This document shows, in pieces, positions 58,947 through 64,000 of a DNA stretch of 64,000 nt (position 1 is its first letter; every line of letters begins with the position of its first letter). Under the pieces are notes generated by a model. The model saw only the letters and a program-made list of their open reading frames with translations. It made no database searches and was not told where the DNA came from. The stretch lies in NCBI GenBank assembly GCA_963843145.1, contig CAWJJC010000020.1, positions 1 through 64,000 on the forward strand. Direction: 5' to 3'. The DNA is from an uncultured delta proteobacterium. GTDB taxonomy: Bacteria; Desulfobacterota; RBG-13-43-22. The translations under genes and the position numbers were made by a program.

Positions 58947-61253
58947 ATGAAAACCCGCTATAAGGTTGTCATACAGGGTATCGTCCAAGGCGTAGGTTTT
59001 CGACCCTTCGTCTACCAGCAGGCCCTGGCCCGCCGCCTGACCGGGTACGTGTCCAATACTTCCCACGGGGTGGATCTGGAGGTGGAAGGAGAAGGACCGG
59101 ACTTGGATGATTTTATCCGGACTCTCCGGCAGGACCCTCCCCCCTTGTCCCGCATTACTTCCCTGGAGTTTCAGCCCCTCCCAGCGCAAGGGGATTCGGG
59201 ATTCACTATCCGGATGAGTCAGGCCCAGGAGACCCGCTCGGCCCTGATCTCCCCGGACGTGGCTGTTTGTCCCGACTGCCTGAGGGAGATGCGAGACCCC
59301 CGGGACCGCCGCTATCGCTACCCCTTCATCAACTGCACCAACTGCGGGCCCCGCTACACCATTATCAAAGATATCCCCTACGACCGGGCCAAGACCACCA
59401 TGGCGGCCTTCACCCTGTGTCCGGAATGCTCCTCCGAGTACCATGATCCCCTGAACCGGCGTTTTCACGCCCAGCCCAATGCCTGCTGGACCTGCGGACC
59501 CCGGGTGCGTCTTCTGGACGGAATGGGCCAGATCATCGAAGGTCAAGATCCCATCGCCGAAACCGCCCGGCTGCTGCGAGAGGGTTGGATCGTGGCCATC
59601 AAAGGCCTGGGAGGGTTTCACCTGGCCGTGGACGCCGTTCAGGAAGAAGCGGTCAGGCGCCTGCGGGCGCGTAAGCACCGGGAGGAGAAACCCCTGGCCC
59701 TGATGAGCCCGGATTTGGACCGGATTAGAGCATTCGCCCGGATTGAAGCGGAAGAGGCGGCCGTGCTGCTCTCCAGGGAACGGCCCATTATCCTCCTCCA
59801 GCAAAATGACCCCAGCCCTATCGCCTCCGCGGTGGCCCCGGGCAATCAGTATTACGGTGTCATGTTGCCCTACGCCCCGCTCCATTATTTGCTGCTGGAT
59901 CACGGATTTCTGGCCCTGGTCATGACCAGCGGCAACCTGTCCGAGGAACCCATCTGCATCGACAATGAAGAGGCCTTCCTCCGGCTCAAGGGGATCGCCG
60001 ATTATTTCCTGGTACACAACCGCGACATTCACCTGCGCAGCGACGACTCCATTGTTCGACAGGTTTCCGGATCGCTGCGCCAACTGCGCCGCTCCCGGGG
60101 CTTCGTTCCCGTGCCCGTCTTCCTGGCGGAACCGCTGGCGCCCGTTTTGGCCTGTGGGGCCGAATTAAAAAACACCGTCTGTCTGACCAAAGATAACCGG
60201 GCCTTTATCAGCCAGCATGTGGGGGACCTGGAGAACCTGGAAACGCTGCATTTTTTCAAGCAGACCATTGAGCATCTCAAACAGATCCTGCAGATCGAAC
60301 CGGAAATTATCGCCTATGACCTCCACCCGGATTACCTCAGCACCCGGTTTGCCCTGGAACAGGAAGGGGTTGAATTAATCGGGGTGCAGCATCATTTCGC
60401 GCATCTGGTGGGCTGTCTGGCCGAACACGGCCTGAATGAAAAGGTGATTGGCTTGATGCTGGACGGCAGCGGGTACGGGCTGGACGGACGGATCTGGGGG
60501 GGCGAGGTCCTGGTGGGCGATTGCGGGTCCTTTGAACGATGCGGTCACTTCGCCTACCTGCCCCTCCCCGGGGGGGCCAGGGCCATCCGGGAACCCTGGC
60601 GCATGGCCGTCAGCTACCTTTACCAGGCCTATGGAGAAGGCCTCTGGGATCTTTCCCTGCCCCTGCTGGAACGAATCGACCGCGCCAAAACCGAGATCTT
60701 GGTACGGATGATCCAAAAGGGGATCAACAGCCCAATGACCTCAAGCTGCGGGCGGCTTTTTGACGGGGTGGCCGCCATCATCGGCTTGCGGGATACCGTG
60801 GCCTTTGAAGGGCAGGCAGCCATGGAACTGGAGATGACTCAAAGCCGAGAAAACGAAGGCTCCTATGATTTCGAGATATTGAAATCAGAGGAAACCATCC
60901 AGATCCTTCCCCAATCCATCATCCGGAGCGTGGTGGACGATGTCCGCCAGGGCGCATCCCAGGAACAAATCAGCCGGCGTTTCCACCGGACGCTGGTGGA
61001 AGTCCTGACCCGGGTTTGCCGAATCCTACGAGAAGAGCGGGGCCTTGAAAAAGTAGCCCTAGGCGGAGGGGTCTTCCAAAATCGAACGCTCCTGACAGAG
61101 ATGGAGGCCCGTCTGTCTGCGGAGGGCTTCCGGGTCTACAGCAAATCCCTGATTCCTTCCAACGACGGAGGAATATCTCTGGGCCAGGCGGTGGCCGCCC
61201 ACTATATGCGGCAAAAAATGAAAGAAAGGACCAAACGTCAATGCCGTTTCTGA
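58947..61253 (+). CDS. hypF: Carbamoyltransferase HypF
   Basis: VQGVGFRPF, NCTNCGPRY, RRFHAQ, KGLGGFH, QHHFAH, NDGGISLGQ. Confidence 0.96.
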   Translation: MKTRYKVVIQGIVQGVGFRPFVYQQALARRLTGYVSNTSHGVDLEVEGEGPDLDDFIRTLRQDPPPLSRITSLEFQPLPAQGDSGFTIRMSQAQETRSALISPDVAVCPDCLREMRDPRDRRYRYPFINCTNCGPRYTIIKDIPYDRAKTTMAAFTLCPECSSEYHDPLNRRFHAQPNACWTCGPRVRLLDGMGQIIEGQDPIAETARLLREGWIVAIKGLGGFHLAVDAVQEEAVRRLRARKHREEKPLALMSPDLDRIRAFARIEAEEAAVLLSRERPIILLQQNDPSPIASAVAPGNQYYGVMLPYAPLHYLLLDHGFLALVMTSGNLSEEPICIDNEEAFLRLKGIADYFLVHNRDIHLRSDDSIVRQVSGSLRQLRRSRGFVPVPVFLAEPLAPVLACGAELKNTVCLTKDNRAFISQHVGDLENLETLHFFKQTIEHLKQILQIEPEIIAYDLHPDYLSTRFALEQEGVELIGVQHHFAHLVGCLAEHGLNEKVIGLMLDGSGYGLDGRIWGGEVLVGDCGSFERCGHFAYLPLPGGARAIREPWRMAVSYLYQAYGEGLWDLSLPLLERIDRAKTEILVRMIQKGINSPMTSSCGRLFDGVAAIIGLRDTVAFEGQAAMELEMTQSRENEGSYDFEILKSEETIQILPQSIIRSVVDDVRQGASQEQISRRFHRTLVEVLTRVCRILREERGLEKVALGGGVFQNRTLLTEMEARLSAEGFRVYSKSLIPSNDGGISLGQAVAAHYMRQKMKERTKRQCRF

Positions 61254-62068
61254 AAGCCAACGGGATTACTATCCACTACGAAATCCACGGCCGGGGGAAT
61301 CCCCTGCTCCTGATCATGGGACTGCGCCGGAACGCCGAATGGTGGTATCGGCAGATTCCGGAACTTTCCCGCCATTTCCGGGTGATCGCCTTTGACAACC
61401 GGGGGGCCGGGCGAACCGACCAGCCCGCCAGGGAATATTCCATTCGCCTCTTTGCCGAAGACACGGCGGCCCTTTTGGACGGTCTGGGGATTCCCCGGGC
61501 ACATATCCTGGGAATTTCCATGGGCGGATACATCGCCCAGGAACTGGCCATCAACTTTCCGGAGAAGGTACACCGGCTGGTGTTGGGCTGCACCGGCTGC
61601 GGAGGCCGACGGGCGGTCCGGATGAGCCCGGAACGAATGGCTAAGTTCACGGCGGTTGAGGGGCTCACCCCGGAGCAAATTCTGCACAAGGACCTGGATA
61701 TCTATTTCTCGGAACGGTTTATTCGGGAAAATCCGGCCAGGATCGAGGAGTTCATCACCATTTCGCTTCGCGACTACCAGCCGGCCGCCGCCTTTCAACG
61801 GCAGTTCGCCGCCTGCCAGGCCCACGATACCGGGGATCGTCTGGATCGTCTGACCGCTCCTACCCTGATCATGACCGGCGACGACGATCCCCTGGTGCCT
61901 CCCCAGAATTCCCGCATTCTTCAGGAGCTGATCCCCCACGCGGAACTGGCTCTTTTCCCAGGCCTCCGGCACTGCTTCTTCATGGAAGCCGACCGAGAAT
62001 TTAATCGCCGGGCGGTAGAATTTCTAGGAAGATTGAACAGATCGACTTTTGGAGAATCTATCATTTAA
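61241..62068 (+). CDS. Alpha/beta hydrolase
   Basis: DNRGAG, GISMGG, GDDD, catalytic His near C-terminus. Confidence 0.9.
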   Translation: MPFLKANGITIHYEIHGRGNPLLLIMGLRRNAEWWYRQIPELSRHFRVIAFDNRGAGRTDQPAREYSIRLFAEDTAALLDGLGIPRAHILGISMGGYIAQELAINFPEKVHRLVLGCTGCGGRRAVRMSPERMAKFTAVEGLTPEQILHKDLDIYFSERFIRENPARIEEFITISLRDYQPAAAFQRQFAACQAHDTGDRLDRLTAPTLIMTGDDDPLVPPQNSRILQELIPHAELALFPGLRHCFFMEADREFNRRAVEFLGRLNRSTFGESII

Positions 62069-62126
62069 AGAAGAGTTTTACCCTGGAAATACCCTAAGAA
62101 AGGCCCGCGGGAAGGGAAGATGTTTC

Positions 62127-62168
62127 AAAACACGAAGGGCACCCGGATAGCGGGGCCCTTCGTGTTTT
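62127..62168. terminator. Bidirectional terminator-like hairpin between convergent genes
   Basis: AAAACACGAAGGG...CCCTTCGTGTTTT. Confidence 0.55.
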
Positions 62169-62188
62169 GAAGCTTTGAACCCGGAGAG

Positions 62189-62504
62189 TTATTTTTTCTT
62201 TTCTTTCCCTTCCTCTTTCTTTTTGGGCTCATCCTTCTTCTTGGCCTCGCCCTTGACCTCGACCTCGGTGGCTTTCATCGTAGTACTGGATGGTCACCTT
62301 CGAACCGACTTTCAGGTCTCCTTGTACTTTGGTGTCCTTATCCCTGGCCAGTTCCCACTTGTCACTGCCCTTCTGCACAACGATCAGGTCGCCCTTCACT
62401 TCCAGTACCGGTCCGGTTACCTGGTAGGTCTTTGGCCCTGCGGCCAGGGCCAAAGAGGAAAATAGAAAGAACACCCCCGCCAAAACAAAGATCATCCGTT
62501 TCAT
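62189..62504 (-). CDS. Small secreted beta-barrel-like protein with Lys/Glu tail (frameshift near 62280)
   Basis: Signal peptide, TYQVTGPVLEV, LKVGSKVTIQY; RBS GGAGG. Confidence 0.7.
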
Positions 62505-62633
62505 ACCGCTTCCTCCTTTTCTGATTTTTTCCGGCTAATGGTAGATAAGAGGGTACTGGGTGTCAATAAAAATTGAATCTAAAAAACGCCGGGCCCCGCT
62601 GTTCCCCAAAGGCCCGGCCTTTTCCTTTCCAGC

Positions 62634-64000
62634 TCAAAGGGTTTTGACAGCCGCCCGGAGAGCCTCCGGGGTTAGCGGCAAGCTCCTCATCCGAATTCCG
62701 GAGGCGGCGAAAACCCCGTTGGCCACGGCCGGTGCGATGGGCGGCAGGCCCGGTTCCCCGACCCCCCCCGGCTTCTTCATCCCCTTGACGAGATGGACTT
62801 CGATCTCCGGAATTTCGCTGAAGCGAAGCAGCGGGTAATCGGAAAAATTGGCCGACTTCACGCCGCCTTTCTCAAAAACCACTTGCTCTTTAAGGGCGGC
62901 GCTCAATCCCATGATGATTCCGCCTTCCATCTGCGCTCTGACGGTGTCCGGATTGATGACCGGTCCGCAGTCAATCGCGCAAACCACCCGGTGCACCCGG
63001 ACAGTACCCTTCTCTTTGTCGACCGAGACCTCGGCCACTTGGGCCACATGGCTGCCAAAGCAGGAGTGGCAGGCGAGACCGCGGGCCTGGCCAATCTTCA
63101 AGGGCTTGCTCCAGCCCGCTTTCTCCGCGGCCATTACCAGAACCCGCCGGAGCTCGGACGATGGGGCCATATGTTCCAGACGAAAATCCAGCGGATCCTT
63201 TCCGGCCGCCAGGGCCAGCTCATCCAGGAAGCATTCCACAGTAAAGGCGTTATGCGTACTCCCGACGGATCGCCAGAAGCCCACCGGGATGGGGAGGTCC
63301 AGGCGGACATATTCCACCCGGAGGTTGGGGACCTGGTAGGGCAGATCAGTGATCCCTTCCACGGCGGCCGGATCGATCCCATTTTGCATCATCTTAGGAA
63401 ATACCCTGGCAAAAATGGAAGGGACGACCACCCGGTGGGACCAGGCTATGATTTTGCCTTGGGCGTCCAGGGCCCCAGCGATTCGACAGCAGTTCCCCGG
63501 GCGAAAAAAATCATAGTGGATATCCTCTTCCCGGGTCCAGATCACTTTCACGGGTTTACCGATCGCCTTGGAGATCGCCACCGCCTCCTCAACCGTATCC
63601 ACCTCGGCCCGCCGGCCGAAGCCGCCGCCCAGATAAGTAGTATGGATATGGACCTTTTTCAGGTCCAGTCCGGAAAGCTTGGCGGCTGTTAATTGGGCGT
63701 TCGTCTGACTCTGGGTGGGCACCCAGACGTCGCAGCGGTCCGGCTGCACCCAGGCGGTGCAGTTCATGGGTTCCATGGTGGCATGGGCGAGATAGGGCAG
63801 CCGATATACGGAATCAACTTTTTTCACTGCCGAAGCCAGGGCTTTTTCGGCGTCCCCGTCATCGCGGGCGACCACTCCGGTCTTTTCTAAGTGGCCCAGC
63901 AGGGCCTTTTCGACAAAGGCATTGTCCAGGTCCGGTTGGGCGCCGCGGTCCCATTCTATTTTCAGGGCAGCCCGGCCGCGACGAGCCGCTTCAAAACTCC
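62634..64000 (-). CDS. Xanthine dehydrogenase-family molybdopterin subunit (IorB-like), cut by window end
   Basis: AHATMEP, GGGFGRR, WRSVG, AQMEGG, GGVGEPG. Confidence 0.9.
   Translation of the reverse strand, partial: SFEAARRGRAALKIEWDRGAQPDLDNAFVEKALLGHLEKTGVVARDDGDAEKALASAVKKVDSVYRLPYLAHATMEPMNCTAWVQPDRCDVWVPTQSQTNAQLTAAKLSGLDLKKVHIHTTYLGGGFGRRAEVDTVEEAVAISKAIGKPVKVIWTREEDIHYDFFRPGNCCRIAGALDAQGKIIAWSHRVVVPSIFARVFPKMMQNGIDPAAVEGITDLPYQVPNLRVEYVRLDLPIPVGFWRSVGSTHNAFTVECFLDELALAAGKDPLDFRLEHMAPSSELRRVLVMAAEKAGWSKPLKIGQARGLACHSCFGSHVAQVAEVSVDKEKGTVRVHRVVCAIDCGPVINPDTVRAQMEGGIIMGLSAALKEQVVFEKGGVKSANFSDYPLLRFSEIPEIEVHLVKGMKKPGGVGEPGLPPIAPAVANGVFAASGIRMRSLPLTPEALRAAVKTL

Noticed and set aside
1-64000. 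tRNA, rRNA, integrase or prophage genes
   Set aside because: None recognised, so island boundaries cannot be fixed from this window

Overview
About 57% GC bacterial DNA; gene content suggests an anaerobic Desulfobacterota-like organism (inference). Bases 1-37 kb look accessory: a decayed vapBC and pstB remnant; a pstSCAB-phoU operon split by an IS1111-type IS110 element; at least seven promoters sharing a Pho-box-like layout (up to four half-sites at 11-bp spacing, 10 bp, then a -10 box) ahead of pstS, lipid-remodelling genes, a secreted phosphoesterase and small Cys-rich proteins; an IS66-like fragment carrying a DUF4338 gene inside mgsA; and three HMA2-domain loci. The largest of those is an operon of DUF5132, HMA2 protein, a 22-aa amphipathic-repeat protein, an HMA2-fused P2A-type ATPase and a divergent MetK. 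It resembles ferrosome (fez) clusters but has a different pump class. Bases 37-64 kb are mostly housekeeping (pyrF, deacetylase, PEPCK, two-component genes, ABC-2 exporter, chelatase I/D, hypABF). Best leads: (1) a bridge/seekRNA target-binding loop whose guides match both insertion junctions of the IS; (2) the ferrosome-like P2A-ATPase/MetK operon; (3) the putative Pho regulon with an unusual methyltransferase-decarboxylase-glycosyltransferase operon; (4) a candidate programmed -1 frameshift in chlI/D; (5) a three-copy structured repeat. Many single-base frameshifts are probably long-read errors. All family calls are from motif recognition by eye, not database searches.
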